Below are positions 28,353 through 38,679 of a stretch of DNA of 64,000 nt, one piece after another. The notes beneath the pieces are model-generated. The model was given only the letters and a program-made list of their open reading frames with translations, had not been told where the DNA came from and did not search any database. This stretch comes from Rubripirellula sp. (GTDB lineage Bacteria; Planctomycetota; Planctomycetia; Pirellulales; Pirellulaceae). The translations under genes and the position numbers were made by a program. The stretch is taken from assembly GCA_028823035.1 (NCBI GenBank), contig JAPKCI010000006.1, forward strand, positions 2,038-66,037. The letters are read 5' to 3'. Each line of letters begins with the position of its first letter. Position 1 is the stretch's first letter.

Positions 28353-28413
28353 ATCGACCAACAGTTGCCGTCTTTCCGGGTTGCGGCTTGGCGGCCAGCA
28401 ACTGGGCATCGGG

Positions 28414-29709
28414 TTACTTTTCGGCAATCTCGAAGGCGTATATGAGATCCTGATCGCGGATGATCAGAGTCTGTGCCGCGACGACTGGGTGTGCCCAGAT
28501 AGCACCTTTTCCACGCGGGATTTCAGTCTGCCGAGGCAGTTGCAAAGAACCTTTCTTTAGCCAACCCGACCGACTTGGTTCGACCAGAAACACCGTTCCA
28601 TCCTTGTCGTTGTAGCAGTAAAGCCGCTGATCTGCGTAGCAGATGGAACCACTCTTATTAGGTCTGATTTTTTCTTCCCAGAGTGTTGAGCCGGTTTCGA
28701 GATCCTGAGCCATCCAAACCCCGCCATTTGCTTTGCTAAATCCAAAGATGGTCCCGTCCACCAGAACCACACCGCCGTGATGGTTTTCCATCGTTTTTCC
28801 TTGCAGATGGTAGGCAGATTCTGCTTTCAAACTACCCTGCCCCGCACTGCTGAGATTCAAGAGTGTGTTGCCAGCACCGTACGCGCTGGTGTGGTAGATC
28901 TGGTTTTGGTGCAGAATGGGCGTTGGGATGACGGCAATTCGGTTGCCACTTGCTGTATCCGCAAATAACTCGATTCCAGTTTGGGTATCGAACGCTACCA
29001 TGCCAGTCTTGCTGGCTGAAAGGTAGAACGTTGTTTGATCAACCTTTCCCTTCATGATTGAAACGTATTGGGCCCCAGCATTGAATCCCTTACTTTTCCA
29101 AACTTCTTTGCCATTATCACGATCGACTGCCAACAGAAATTTGGATTCCCCGGGAGTGACGACGACCCGCGCGCCATCGACCAGCGCAGAATCGCTGTAA
29201 CCCCAAGTTGGGATCTTACCGCCATGGTCTATTACCAAGTCAGTTTTCCAACGGATCTTGCCACTTGCTTTGTCAAGACATGCCAATACACCGATATCGC
29301 TCAACACAAAGACCTGATCACCATCGACTGTGGGTGTGCTTCGAGGTCCTCCTCCCCATCCGTTATTGTAATCGTCGGAGGTGCCTGCTCTGCAAAAGTC
29401 TGTTTTCCATATCAGTGCACCATCTTTGAGATTCAAACAAATCGCGAAGCAACGACCCTCGCTGGATCCAAGCGTGTAGAGTCGCCCATCGACGACGGCG
29501 ACGGTGGAGTAACCGATTCCGGCATCAGCGAAGGTCCAGCGAACTGGTGGTCCACTCTCGGGCCAGCTTTTTATCAAGTTCTTGGCCGGTGAGTGGCCAT
29601 CTCGATTCGGACCTCGCCACTGAGGCCAATCTTCTTCCCCTGCCAGAGCATTCGGTAAGGGCATCAAAAAGCAGTAAAAAAAGATCAGTAAGAACCAATA
29701 ACGTTTCAT
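28414..29709 (-). CDS. PQQ-binding-like beta-propeller protein (secreted)
   Basis: Signal peptide then WPQWRGPNRDG, GYSTVAV, GPRSTPTVDG, G..IW repeats and WAHPVV. Start placed at ATG 29709. Confidence 0.9.
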   Translation of the reverse strand: MKRYWFLLIFFYCFLMPLPNALAGEEDWPQWRGPNRDGHSPAKNLIKSWPESGPPVRWTFADAGIGYSTVAVVDGRLYTLGSSEGRCFAICLNLKDGALIWKTDFCRAGTSDDYNNGWGGGPRSTPTVDGDQVFVLSDIGVLACLDKASGKIRWKTDLVIDHGGKIPTWGYSDSALVDGARVVVTPGESKFLLAVDRDNGKEVWKSKGFNAGAQYVSIMKGKVDQTTFYLSASKTGMVAFDTQTGIELFADTASGNRIAVIPTPILHQNQIYHTSAYGAGNTLLNLSSAGQGSLKAESAYHLQGKTMENHHGGVVLVDGTIFGFSKANGGVWMAQDLETGSTLWEEKIRPNKSGSICYADQRLYCYNDKDGTVFLVEPSRSGWLKKGSLQLPRQTEIPRGKGAIWAHPVVAAQTLIIRDQDLIYAFEIAEK

Positions 29710-29837
29710 TTCGCGTCGCGTGTCATGAGTGTGCCGGCGCCGGCAGGGAAAGATGTTCCGAAGCCGGAAGTATAGCAAATGACGAAACGAATGTTGCGAA
29801 AACGGGGTAATGTAGTTCCATTGTTGAACTTGGAGAA

Positions 29838-31784
29838 TCACCTTCGCTTTGCGTCGGTGGTCGTGCTGTTACTCATTTGCAGATGGACCATGTCGCGATA
29901 CCTTCCGCCGTCACGCAACAACTCATCGTGGTGTCCAACTTCGACAATGCGGCCATTTTCAAAGACAACGATCTTGTCCGCACCCGCGATCGTACTGAGC
30001 CGGTGAGCGATCACAAAAGCGGTGCGATCTTGAAGCAATTCAGCGAGACTCTTTTGAATCAGTTGTTCACTCTCGCTATCAAGATTACTGGTGGCTTCGT
30101 CCAAGACGAGGATTTTTGGGTCCGCCAGGATTGCCCTTGCGATTGCGATTCTTTGGCGTTGTCCGCCCGATAGTTTGACTCCGCGTTCTCCAATGATCGA
30201 AGCATAGCCATCCGGTAATTCCTGAATGAATTCGTCGGCCGCCGCCGCTCTTGCTGCTTCAATGACCTGCGTCTGGCTGGCGTTTCGTCTCGCGTAAGCG
30301 ATGTTTTCCTGGATTGTCCCGTCAAACAGAAACACGTCTTGTTCGACAATGCCGAGCAGGCTGCGATAGCTGTTTAGCTCGATGTCACGAAGATCGCGTC
30401 CATCCAGGCAAACGCTCCCCGATACGGGGTCATAGAACCGGGCAATCAGGTTTGTTAGCGTGGTCTTGCCTGCGCCGCTTCGTCCCACTAGCGCGACCGT
30501 CTGCCCAGCTTCAATAGTCAGATTTAGATCCTGCAATACCATCGTCGGTGATTCAGGATAGGAAAATGATACATCACGTATCGAAAGAGCTCCTGCAACC
30601 CTTTCTCGCCGTAAAGAAACTGCGCCCGGATGAGTTTCAAGTTCATCTTCAATTTCCAGAACATCCAGAACACGATCGAGTCCAGCTAAATTATTTTGGA
30701 ATGTGACTGCACTGGCTGCGATCGTTGCAAGAGGGTCCAGCAGCATGGTCAGGTACACCAGAAACATCATCAGGTCACCCAGCGTCAAATCGTTGTAAAT
30801 GATCTGGTAGCCTCCATATAGCAGCAGGCCAGTCGATGCGAGTGGCACGACCACTTCCCAGATAGTTTCGATGATTCGAGTCCACCACCACGTGAAAAGT
30901 TGCTGACGGACAAGAAAATCACCTTCGCGAACAAAGCGTGATGATTCATTGCGGTTTTGAGAAAAGGTACGCACCACTCGGATACCGCTGAAGGTTTCGG
31001 TCGCATTGCCATCAATCCGCTGCCGTTGTTTTCTGATGTCGCGATACAGGGGTCGGATTCGATTGATCCATGTGCGATGAGTCACCCAGACAATGGGCAA
31101 GAGTAGTAATCCACCGACCATTAATTTCCAGTCAACCAACATCAGGATGATCAGGCTGCCAACGAATTGGATGAGGGCACGCCAAGGGTTGTACAGTAAG
31201 CTGAAAATCAGGTCCGCGACGCCACCGGCGTCTTCACGGATCAAACTGGCGACACCACCACTCTTCATGTCGTAGACATTGTTCAGCGGCAACTTGATGG
31301 CGTGTTCGAACACGCGACGCCGGATGGTGACCTGTGTTTGGTTGACAGCTTTGGTCGCGATCCAGCGACTCGATAGATGCACTACGGTGGAAATTATCGT
31401 TACGACGACGACGATGCCCGCGATGGCAAGTAGCAAGTTCATTGGGTTCGTGGGCAAAGGCAACGCCTGCAGCCACCCCGGAAGCGTTTTGGGTGGGCTT
31501 GTCAATGCAGAGTCGATGGCCAACTTGGTTCCCAGTGGGGGAATCAGGCGGAGACCGATTCCTATCGTCAGCAACCCAAGGGCAGTGATGATCTGTCCGC
31601 GATGTTTGGTGGTTAACGCCAGAAACTGTAAGAACAGTTCCCGGAATTTCCGGTCTCGCTCGCCTAACTTTTTTGGGTTGCGGTCACCATGGCCATGATT
31701 CGGCGGACGTTGACCGCCGGTATGACGGTCGCGAACGCTCTGGCGGTATTCTGAAAAACGGCTGCGGCTGGGTTTGGTTGGCAT
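29838..31784 (-). CDS. ABC exporter, fused permease and ATPase (MsbA-like class)
   Basis: TM domain followed by GRSGAGKT (Walker A), LSGGQRQRIAIARA and ILVLDEATS. Confidence 0.95.
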   Translation of the reverse strand: MPTKPSRSRFSEYRQSVRDRHTGGQRPPNHGHGDRNPKKLGERDRKFRELFLQFLALTTKHRGQIITALGLLTIGIGLRLIPPLGTKLAIDSALTSPPKTLPGWLQALPLPTNPMNLLLAIAGIVVVVTIISTVVHLSSRWIATKAVNQTQVTIRRRVFEHAIKLPLNNVYDMKSGGVASLIREDAGGVADLIFSLLYNPWRALIQFVGSLIILMLVDWKLMVGGLLLLPIVWVTHRTWINRIRPLYRDIRKQRQRIDGNATETFSGIRVVRTFSQNRNESSRFVREGDFLVRQQLFTWWWTRIIETIWEVVVPLASTGLLLYGGYQIIYNDLTLGDLMMFLVYLTMLLDPLATIAASAVTFQNNLAGLDRVLDVLEIEDELETHPGAVSLRRERVAGALSIRDVSFSYPESPTMVLQDLNLTIEAGQTVALVGRSGAGKTTLTNLIARFYDPVSGSVCLDGRDLRDIELNSYRSLLGIVEQDVFLFDGTIQENIAYARRNASQTQVIEAARAAAADEFIQELPDGYASIIGERGVKLSGGQRQRIAIARAILADPKILVLDEATSNLDSESEQLIQKSLAELLQDRTAFVIAHRLSTIAGADKIVVFENGRIVEVGHHDELLRDGGRYRDMVHLQMSNSTTTDAKRR

Positions 31785-32013
31785 GAGTAATTGTTAGTGT
31801 TGAGCAACCGATTCGACAACCGCTTCGAAACAGAAGTGTAGAGAACCGTAGTTTTTTGCAGTGTTTTGGCTGCTCTCGCTACTACTTTGGCTGGCGGGAA
31901 CCCCGGATGGGTGACGCATCGGCCGTTCATTTCCCATTAAACTGGTCTACGATCCACCTTGAATGTCGTCCCTTCCCTCCGCCCCACTGTGGGCCGCAGC
32001 CTCAAAACTCGCC

Positions 32014-34227
32014 ATGCAAACCATTGATTACACCGTCCTGCTTCTCTATTTCGCAGGCATGATCGCCATTGGTATTTGGGCCATGAAACGGGTCAAGGAC
32101 CAGGAAGATTATTTCATGGGAGGTCGCGGGTTTGGGAAGTTGCTCCAGACATTTGCGGCGTTTGGTGCCGGGACTGGTGCGCACGAGCCGGTGCAAGTGG
32201 GCAGGACGGCTTGGACAAGCGGTCTCAGTGGTGTCTGGTCGGCGTTGATGTGGCTGTTTGTTACACCAATCTACTGGATCACAGCGGTCTGGTACCGACG
32301 CATGCGTCACCTGACATTGGGAGATTGGTTTGTTGAGCGATATGAGTCGCGGTCCATGGGCGTGGCTTACACGCTTTTTGCAATTGTCTTTTACATGTTC
32401 TACTTGTCGACAATGTTTTCAGCGATCGCCAAATTCTCGGCACCTTTGCTTGGGTTTGATGAGGGTTTGTTCGGCTATGACTTGAAGTACACGTTGATTC
32501 CATTGATCGCAGGCGTGGTGATTCTTTATGGCGTGCTGGGTGGATTGGCAGCTGCTTACTGGACAGACCTGATCCAAGGACTGTTCATTATCATTCTTTC
32601 CGTCCTGCTGATCCCCTATGGGTTGTGGGCGCTCGCTGAAACATTCGGAGGCCCAGGTGAACGCGGGCTGATGGATGGTTTTCGTATCATGCACGAGCGA
32701 GTGTCGGCTGATTGCTTCAGCTTGTTCTCAGGGCCGAGTAGCGGTGAGTTTCCCCTGCCCTTCATTATCTCGTTGTCACTGATCAGCATCGTTGGCGTTG
32801 TCGTTCAGCCCCATTTCATTGCTACCGGGGGTGGCTCGGCAAAGTCCGAGAAGGAGGCTCGGATTGGTTTAGTGGTCGGCAATTTCCTGAAACGTTTGTG
32901 TACCGTGGGTTGGGCACTGACGGCTTTGATCGCTCTTGCTCTGCTGGCAGGAAGTGCAGAAATTGCAGCGGATCCTGATCGGGTATGGGGAGTCGCTGCA
33001 CGTGAAATTTTAGGTCCCATGAACCTTGGTCTGGTGGGACTGATGCTTGCCTGCCTGCTGGCGGCCATGATGAGTTCTGCCGATACCTACATGATTGTGA
33101 CTTCCGCGCTCGTGGTCCGGAACGTGTACGCGCCATACATCAATTCCACTGCCGATGAAAAACAATATGTGCGAGTCGGAAGGATGACAGGTTTGATCAT
33201 CATCGTGGGCGCTGCTTTTGTCTCCCTGACCTACGCTGATGTCTTCGGCCAATTCAAAATGGCGATTGAATTGCCAATCCTTTTTGCTGCCCCTTTCTGG
33301 CTGGGGATGTATTGGCGGCGTGTGAATCGTACCGCAGTATGGGGAACCATTGGCACTTCTCTGATGCTGTTTTTCGTGCTGCCTGTTGCCGTGCCAATGT
33401 TCAAGCCTGACCTGCGAACGGACCCGGGCTTGACCGCAACAACGAATCTGGTGACGAAGACTCTCGTGCGTCCGGCGACGGAATCAGACATTGCGCGTCA
33501 CGAAGCGTGGGTGTCAGCGAAAGGAGAGTTAGAGGAAAAAGTTGCTGCCATCAATGCAGTTCCGGACGCATCTGAGGTAGACCGAAATAAGCTTGAAAAA
33601 GACCGAAACAAGCTTGATAAAGAACTGAAAAACCTTGGATCCGAACCACCCGTCGCAAATTTGGGGGATTCAATCACCATTCAAGTCAAGAGTGGTGGGC
33701 AGTCGATCTTTTGGCGCAACGTTGTCCCGCGAGATGAGTCGAAAAAAGAACTGGTAAGCGAGGAAAAAGAAGGAACCATGCTGGTAAGAACCGAACGTAT
33801 CGTCGGGCTTCAGCAGGGGGTAGGGTCATTGAAAATAGATTTCCTGTTCTACGCTTTGATGGGCGTTGATCTTTCCAGTGCGAGTAAGGCGACTCTGGAG
33901 ACGCTTCGTTTGCCAACTCGACTCGTGTTGCCGTTTGCGGTTCTGTTTTTGCTCAGTTTGGTGACGCCGCGCGATAGTAAATTCGCGTTAGACAGGTACT
34001 TTGCGAAAATGAATACGCCGGTCAGGCCTGACCCAGAGGCCGACGCACAGGCATTGGAGAAAGCTTATGCGGATCCGGCTTCGAGCACGGGACGCAAGCT
34101 GTTTCCCAAATCTGACTGGGAATTTGTTCGGCCAACGACGATGGATGTTACTGGTTTTTTGATCTCGTGCGTTGTCTGTGCAATGGTGATCGGGCTTTTA
34201 ATTTGGTTGGCTGCGCTTGGGAGTTAA
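32014..34227 (+). CDS. Sodium:solute symporter family protein with a large soluble insertion
   Basis: DYFMGGR, YWTDLIQG and AAMMSSAD SSS motifs; charged insertion before the last helices. Start placed at ATG 32014. Confidence 0.93.
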   Translation: MQTIDYTVLLLYFAGMIAIGIWAMKRVKDQEDYFMGGRGFGKLLQTFAAFGAGTGAHEPVQVGRTAWTSGLSGVWSALMWLFVTPIYWITAVWYRRMRHLTLGDWFVERYESRSMGVAYTLFAIVFYMFYLSTMFSAIAKFSAPLLGFDEGLFGYDLKYTLIPLIAGVVILYGVLGGLAAAYWTDLIQGLFIIILSVLLIPYGLWALAETFGGPGERGLMDGFRIMHERVSADCFSLFSGPSSGEFPLPFIISLSLISIVGVVVQPHFIATGGGSAKSEKEARIGLVVGNFLKRLCTVGWALTALIALALLAGSAEIAADPDRVWGVAAREILGPMNLGLVGLMLACLLAAMMSSADTYMIVTSALVVRNVYAPYINSTADEKQYVRVGRMTGLIIIVGAAFVSLTYADVFGQFKMAIELPILFAAPFWLGMYWRRVNRTAVWGTIGTSLMLFFVLPVAVPMFKPDLRTDPGLTATTNLVTKTLVRPATESDIARHEAWVSAKGELEEKVAAINAVPDASEVDRNKLEKDRNKLDKELKNLGSEPPVANLGDSITIQVKSGGQSIFWRNVVPRDESKKELVSEEKEGTMLVRTERIVGLQQGVGSLKIDFLFYALMGVDLSSASKATLETLRLPTRLVLPFAVLFLLSLVTPRDSKFALDRYFAKMNTPVRPDPEADAQALEKAYADPASSTGRKLFPKSDWEFVRPTTMDVTGFLISCVVCAMVIGLLIWLAALGS
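33580..33621 (+). repeat. 21-bp in-frame tandem duplication (DRNKLEK-DRNKLDK)
   Basis: GACCGAAATAAGCTTGAAAAA followed by GACCGAAACAAGCTTGATAAA. Confidence 0.88.
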
Positions 34228-34284
34228 TGTTCATGCCGTATGCCAACATGAGACAAGCAAGTTGTTGATAAACAGGAATTAATA

Positions 34285-36519
34285 ATGCTCTCAGCGAAAA
34301 AGTGGTTCTCCTTTGTATTGATTGTGATCGTGTTCGCTGTTTCGGTGAGGGCTGCGGACCCTTCGTTTCCCTCAAAAGCAAAACGCATTTTGTTTTTAGG
34401 AGATTCGATCACTCATGCTGGTCGCTATATCTCTCTGATTGATACACAACTGCGACTTCGAGGTCATGACGTCGTTTTAATTAATCTTGGTTTGCCAAGT
34501 GAAACTTGTAGTGGGCTTTCGGAGCCAGAGCATCCGTATCCTCGTCCCAATGTGCATTTGCGAATTGACGATGCACTGGAAAAGATTCGCCCGGATGTGG
34601 TGGTTGCATGTTACGGCATGAACGACGGAATCTATTACCCTTTTTCAGAGGAGCGTTTCCAGGCTTATCAGGATGGTATCAACCAAATTGTGTCCAAGGT
34701 AAAAGCCACCGGCGCGAAACTGATTCTGATGACGCCTCCTGCATTCGATCCACTCCCCCTGAGAAAACAGGGGAAACTATTGCCGCTGGGATCAAAGCAG
34801 TACTCTTGGAAAGCGATTTACGAAGATTATGACAGCGTGATGAAACAATATGCAAAGTGGATTCTCGAGCAGTCAGATCGAGTTGACATGACCATCGATC
34901 TGCATTCGGCGGTCACAGACTACGTTGCATCCAAACGCGAGGACAGTCCTGAGTTCACGATGTCTCCCGATGGTGTTCACGTTAATGATGAAGGGCACGC
35001 TGTTCTGGCTGAGGCTGTGCTAAATGCATGGGGGCTCGGAGACCGTTTAGAACCAGATGCATCGTTGGCAACTTTGATTGACCGTCGTCAAAAAATCATG
35101 CACGATGCATGGCTTAGCGAAGTCGGACATGAGCGTCCCGGTATGAAGGCGGGGTTGCCAATCAAGGAAGCCAAAGCAGTTGCAGCTGAGATCGAAAAGC
35201 AGATTCAGGCTCGGTTAATCCGCCAACAAGATTCGTCGAAGCCGGAATACAAGGATGTGCACCGTTGCTATTTTCCGGCTTCTACAGTACCCGGTGAGTT
35301 GTCCTTGTTCGTCGATTTTGATTTGTGGATTCCACCCGGTGTTGAACAGCTCAGAGGGATCATTGTCCATCAGCATGGTTGTGGGGCAGGTGCTTCGAAC
35401 GCCGGATTGACAGCGGTTTGCGACTTGCACTGGAGAGAGTTGGCAAGACGTTGGAATTGCGCGCTGCTTGGCTCTTCCTATGAGGGAAGGCCCGGTAGTG
35501 AGTGTCGTTTGTGGTGTGATCCACGGAAGGGATCAGATGCGAGATTCTTGCAGGCTCTGCATCAATTTGCTGACTCAACCGGGCACCCAGAACTCCGCGA
35601 GGTGCCCTGGTGTCTTTGGGGACACTCCGGAGGAGGGTTTTGGGCAAGTTTGATGCAAATCTCGCACCCCGAGCGTATTGTTGCGATCTGGCTGCAATCT
35701 GGTACTGCCTTTGGCTACTGGATAAGTGGTGATATTGAACAGCCTGAACTGGTTTCAAGTGTCTACGACGTTCCAGTGATGGCTTGTCCGGGCGTGAAGG
35801 AGCGAAAGCACGAACGGTTTCATCGTGCATGGGATGGTTTGCACGGCATGATGAGTGCCTATCGCCAGCAGAATGCTCCTTTTGGCATTGCGCCTGATCC
35901 GCGCACCGGGCATGAGTGCGGAGATTCACGATATCTTGCCATTCCTTTTTTCGACGCCTGTATGCGAATGCGATTGCCGGACGCGAAATCGCCGACCTCT
36001 GATTTGCAGCCCGTCGATTGGTCGCAGGCATGGCTCGGATCAGTTTCCGGCGATGTTTTTGCTGCAGACCAGTATCCAGATGACATCCAAGAGGCATCCT
36101 GGTTACCTAACGAGCGATTTGCCCGCCAGTGGGCCGCGTTTCGGAATGTGGGTTCAGTTCCTGACTTATCACCTCCAAGTGCCCCTCATTCCCTGCAGGT
36201 CAATCAACAATCGGGGAGGACTGTGCTCACTTGGCAGGCTGATGCCGATTTTGAAAGTGGGCTTGGCGGCTTCCGAATTGAAAAAGACAGTAAGACGGTC
36301 GCCAGGTTGCCGGCAAAACCAGTGTCCCGCTATGGTCGTCCCATTTTTCAGGTCATGAACTACTCGGGGACGCCAGTTCAGCCGCTGGCTGCGATGCGTT
36401 TTGTTGACGAACACAAATCAGAATCGCCAACCAGGTTGTATCGCGTTTTTTCCGTCAATGCAGAGGGTGTGGAATCGTCACCGGCGGTGTTGCAACTGGG
36501 TGTCCCTGCGACGGATTGA
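34285..36519 (+). CDS. Secreted SGNH/GDSL hydrolase fused to an alpha/beta-hydrolase domain and an FN3-like tail
   Basis: LFLGDSIT, YGMNDG and DGVH (SGNH blocks); second domain WGHSGGG and GHECGD; C-terminal beta-rich domain. Confidence 0.85.
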   Translation: MLSAKKWFSFVLIVIVFAVSVRAADPSFPSKAKRILFLGDSITHAGRYISLIDTQLRLRGHDVVLINLGLPSETCSGLSEPEHPYPRPNVHLRIDDALEKIRPDVVVACYGMNDGIYYPFSEERFQAYQDGINQIVSKVKATGAKLILMTPPAFDPLPLRKQGKLLPLGSKQYSWKAIYEDYDSVMKQYAKWILEQSDRVDMTIDLHSAVTDYVASKREDSPEFTMSPDGVHVNDEGHAVLAEAVLNAWGLGDRLEPDASLATLIDRRQKIMHDAWLSEVGHERPGMKAGLPIKEAKAVAAEIEKQIQARLIRQQDSSKPEYKDVHRCYFPASTVPGELSLFVDFDLWIPPGVEQLRGIIVHQHGCGAGASNAGLTAVCDLHWRELARRWNCALLGSSYEGRPGSECRLWCDPRKGSDARFLQALHQFADSTGHPELREVPWCLWGHSGGGFWASLMQISHPERIVAIWLQSGTAFGYWISGDIEQPELVSSVYDVPVMACPGVKERKHERFHRAWDGLHGMMSAYRQQNAPFGIAPDPRTGHECGDSRYLAIPFFDACMRMRLPDAKSPTSDLQPVDWSQAWLGSVSGDVFAADQYPDDIQEASWLPNERFARQWAAFRNVGSVPDLSPPSAPHSLQVNQQSGRTVLTWQADADFESGLGGFRIEKDSKTVARLPAKPVSRYGRPIFQVMNYSGTPVQPLAAMRFVDEHKSESPTRLYRVFSVNAEGVESSPAVLQLGVPATD

Positions 36520-36591
36520 TGTTTTCCCTGATGCGAAAAAAGCAGGTATTTGGTTCTTGCCTGCGGATGTCAGGAGTTCGCGGTCCAGCCT

Positions 36592-37461
36592 TCAGGAACT
36601 TGCGCTGCGATAGCTAAGCAGTGCTCGCTTAAACACCCAGCGACTGACTCGCACGCTTAGGAAGGTAGCGACAACCGCCCAGCAGACCAGCAGTCGTTCA
36701 TCCCATGTTTGGGGGCTGATCGGTTTGGCAAGGAGACGCGCTGGCACATTGACCACAAGCAGAACGGGTACGACAAAGGTAAAGAAACCATAGAGCGGTT
36801 TGCCCCAACCGTGATTGTAGATTTCCATCGGGTACCGACTGAAGTTGGTGATATAAAACCAGAAGTTATAAAGCGTCTGGTTACGTCCCAACCAAATACT
36901 TGTCGCGCTCAGGCAAATCATCAGTGAGTACATGATGGCTACACCACAGCCGATAAAGACGATGTATAGCAGCAGCGACAGTACGGTCGGGGTCATCGGG
37001 TCAACGGGGCGATTAGCGAGCGAATGCAAAGCGACGATCGCGATGACGAAGCCAGCCAGAAAGTTTGAGAGTGCGCTCCAGTCAATACGGCGAAATGAAA
37101 CCAAAAACTGAGTGTCAATTGGCTTCAATAGAGCAAAGTCAAGTCCGCCTGTGCGGATCAATTCACTGAACTCTTCCGCGTTGGGCATGAAGAAGGCCTG
37201 CACCAGACTGTTGATGAACCAGGTTGTCGCGATGAATAGAAAAAATTTGTCGCGATCCCAGCCACTGTCCGCTCCGATCGTCTGGGTGTATTGGAAAATG
37301 ATGAGATAAAAACCGACATTCATCAGTGTCCAGCCGATGCTGCTGATGCATTGCAGCACAAAGTTGGTACGGAAAGTCATGTCCCGCACAAGGCTGTTTC
37401 TCGCGAAGGTAAGGAATACCTCCCAGTAATTGGGGCGATGGGATTCCGGCTTTGTTTTCAT
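36592..37461 (-). CDS. ABC-2 family transporter permease
   Basis: ELIRTGGLDFALLKPIDTQF and RYPMEIY motifs. Start placed at ATG 37461. Confidence 0.88.
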   Translation of the reverse strand: MKTKPESHRPNYWEVFLTFARNSLVRDMTFRTNFVLQCISSIGWTLMNVGFYLIIFQYTQTIGADSGWDRDKFFLFIATTWFINSLVQAFFMPNAEEFSELIRTGGLDFALLKPIDTQFLVSFRRIDWSALSNFLAGFVIAIVALHSLANRPVDPMTPTVLSLLLYIVFIGCGVAIMYSLMICLSATSIWLGRNQTLYNFWFYITNFSRYPMEIYNHGWGKPLYGFFTFVVPVLLVVNVPARLLAKPISPQTWDERLLVCWAVVATFLSVRVSRWVFKRALLSYRSASS

Positions 37462-37463
37462 GA

Positions 37464-38423
37464 CTAGCCCCCATACCCACTGTAGCGTTTCACTCCGCGG
37501 GCATAGGCAATCCGGCAGACAACAATAAAGAAGATTAACCAGCATGCTTCGATCGCAAGTTCCATCGGGAGATCTTCCTCAGGTATCTTTCCGAGAAATA
37601 CAGCTGCGGGAAAGTAGGCTAGATATTTGAAGGGCAGTAAATTTACCAGCGTTGCGATATTGTCAGGTAGCATCGTCAGTGGAAACATGTGCCCGGATAG
37701 AAAGAAATTGAACAGCATGAAGACAAATAGCAATGACGATACTTCGAGGAACCAAAATCCGATCATGCCAATTGCGGCTTCGAGAAAGAACCCGATAAGG
37801 AAGCCCAGTACCAGCGACACAGTAAAGGCAACAAGTACAGGCCATGGTGGCCAGCCTGCAACGAAGTAGTGGCGGCACAGGAAGAAGACGAGGGCGAAGG
37901 GCAAAATCGCGACCGCGTAATAGGCAAGTTTGTGAGCGATTCGGGTCAACAGCAGGAAACCAATCAGATCAATCGGTTGGATCAAGTAGCGTTTAATTTC
38001 ACCATTCCTGATTTCCGTTGCAATTCCCGAAGCAAGACTAGGCATGCTCGAAAACGCCCTCGCCACCATCGTGAGAAGGTAATAGGCCACAATGTCAGGA
38101 AAGCGGAAACCTCGGATCTCTATGTCCTCGATGTTGCCTCCGTTTGCTGCTTCGATTGAGTCAAATACTGCGTACCAGAGAAAGATCTGCGTCACTATCG
38201 GCAGGAAACGCATCAGAGTTCCCAAGGCAAAATCGCCTCGATAAACAAGCCGCTCGCCCAAAGCAGTGCTAAGAATGGCCCGCCACAATGACAGCTTCCA
38301 ACGAAGGCCCTTGTTGTGTGGTTGTTCGGTGATTTCTGAGTTGGACGCGGCGCTGGACAATGCGACTCGACTCCATGGTGATGGGGGTCCCGGGTCTGTA
38401 TGCCAAGAATTACTTAGCATCAA
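37464..38423 (-). CDS. ABC-2 family transporter permease
   Basis: EIRNGEIKRYLIQPID, FLSGHMFPL and LPFKYLAYFPA motifs. True start uncertain. Confidence 0.88.
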   Translation of the reverse strand: MMLSNSWHTDPGPPSPWSRVALSSAASNSEITEQPHNKGLRWKLSLWRAILSTALGERLVYRGDFALGTLMRFLPIVTQIFLWYAVFDSIEAANGGNIEDIEIRGFRFPDIVAYYLLTMVARAFSSMPSLASGIATEIRNGEIKRYLIQPIDLIGFLLLTRIAHKLAYYAVAILPFALVFFLCRHYFVAGWPPWPVLVAFTVSLVLGFLIGFFLEAAIGMIGFWFLEVSSLLFVFMLFNFFLSGHMFPLTMLPDNIATLVNLLPFKYLAYFPAAVFLGKIPEEDLPMELAIEACWLIFFIVVCRIAYARGVKRYSGYGG

Positions 38424-38679
38424 CGTAAGCTTTCTTATCGGTTTTAGGCAGGTATGACGAGTCCCCTCAGCATTGTTTTCGATCTATGATTCGCCTTGAA
38501 ACACTGGAGTTCGATGGTCTAACGAACCCTCTCGTCGTGCAGCAATGGCTCTCTGGAAATCGGAAACGATGCGAATTGTCAGCGAGTGGGATGACCAGTC
38601 CAACACTCGTTTGCCAAGATAGTTATGCGTTCGTTTCGAATCGCAGTTTGAGTTTAATCTTCTATTCTAAAGGACTGTT

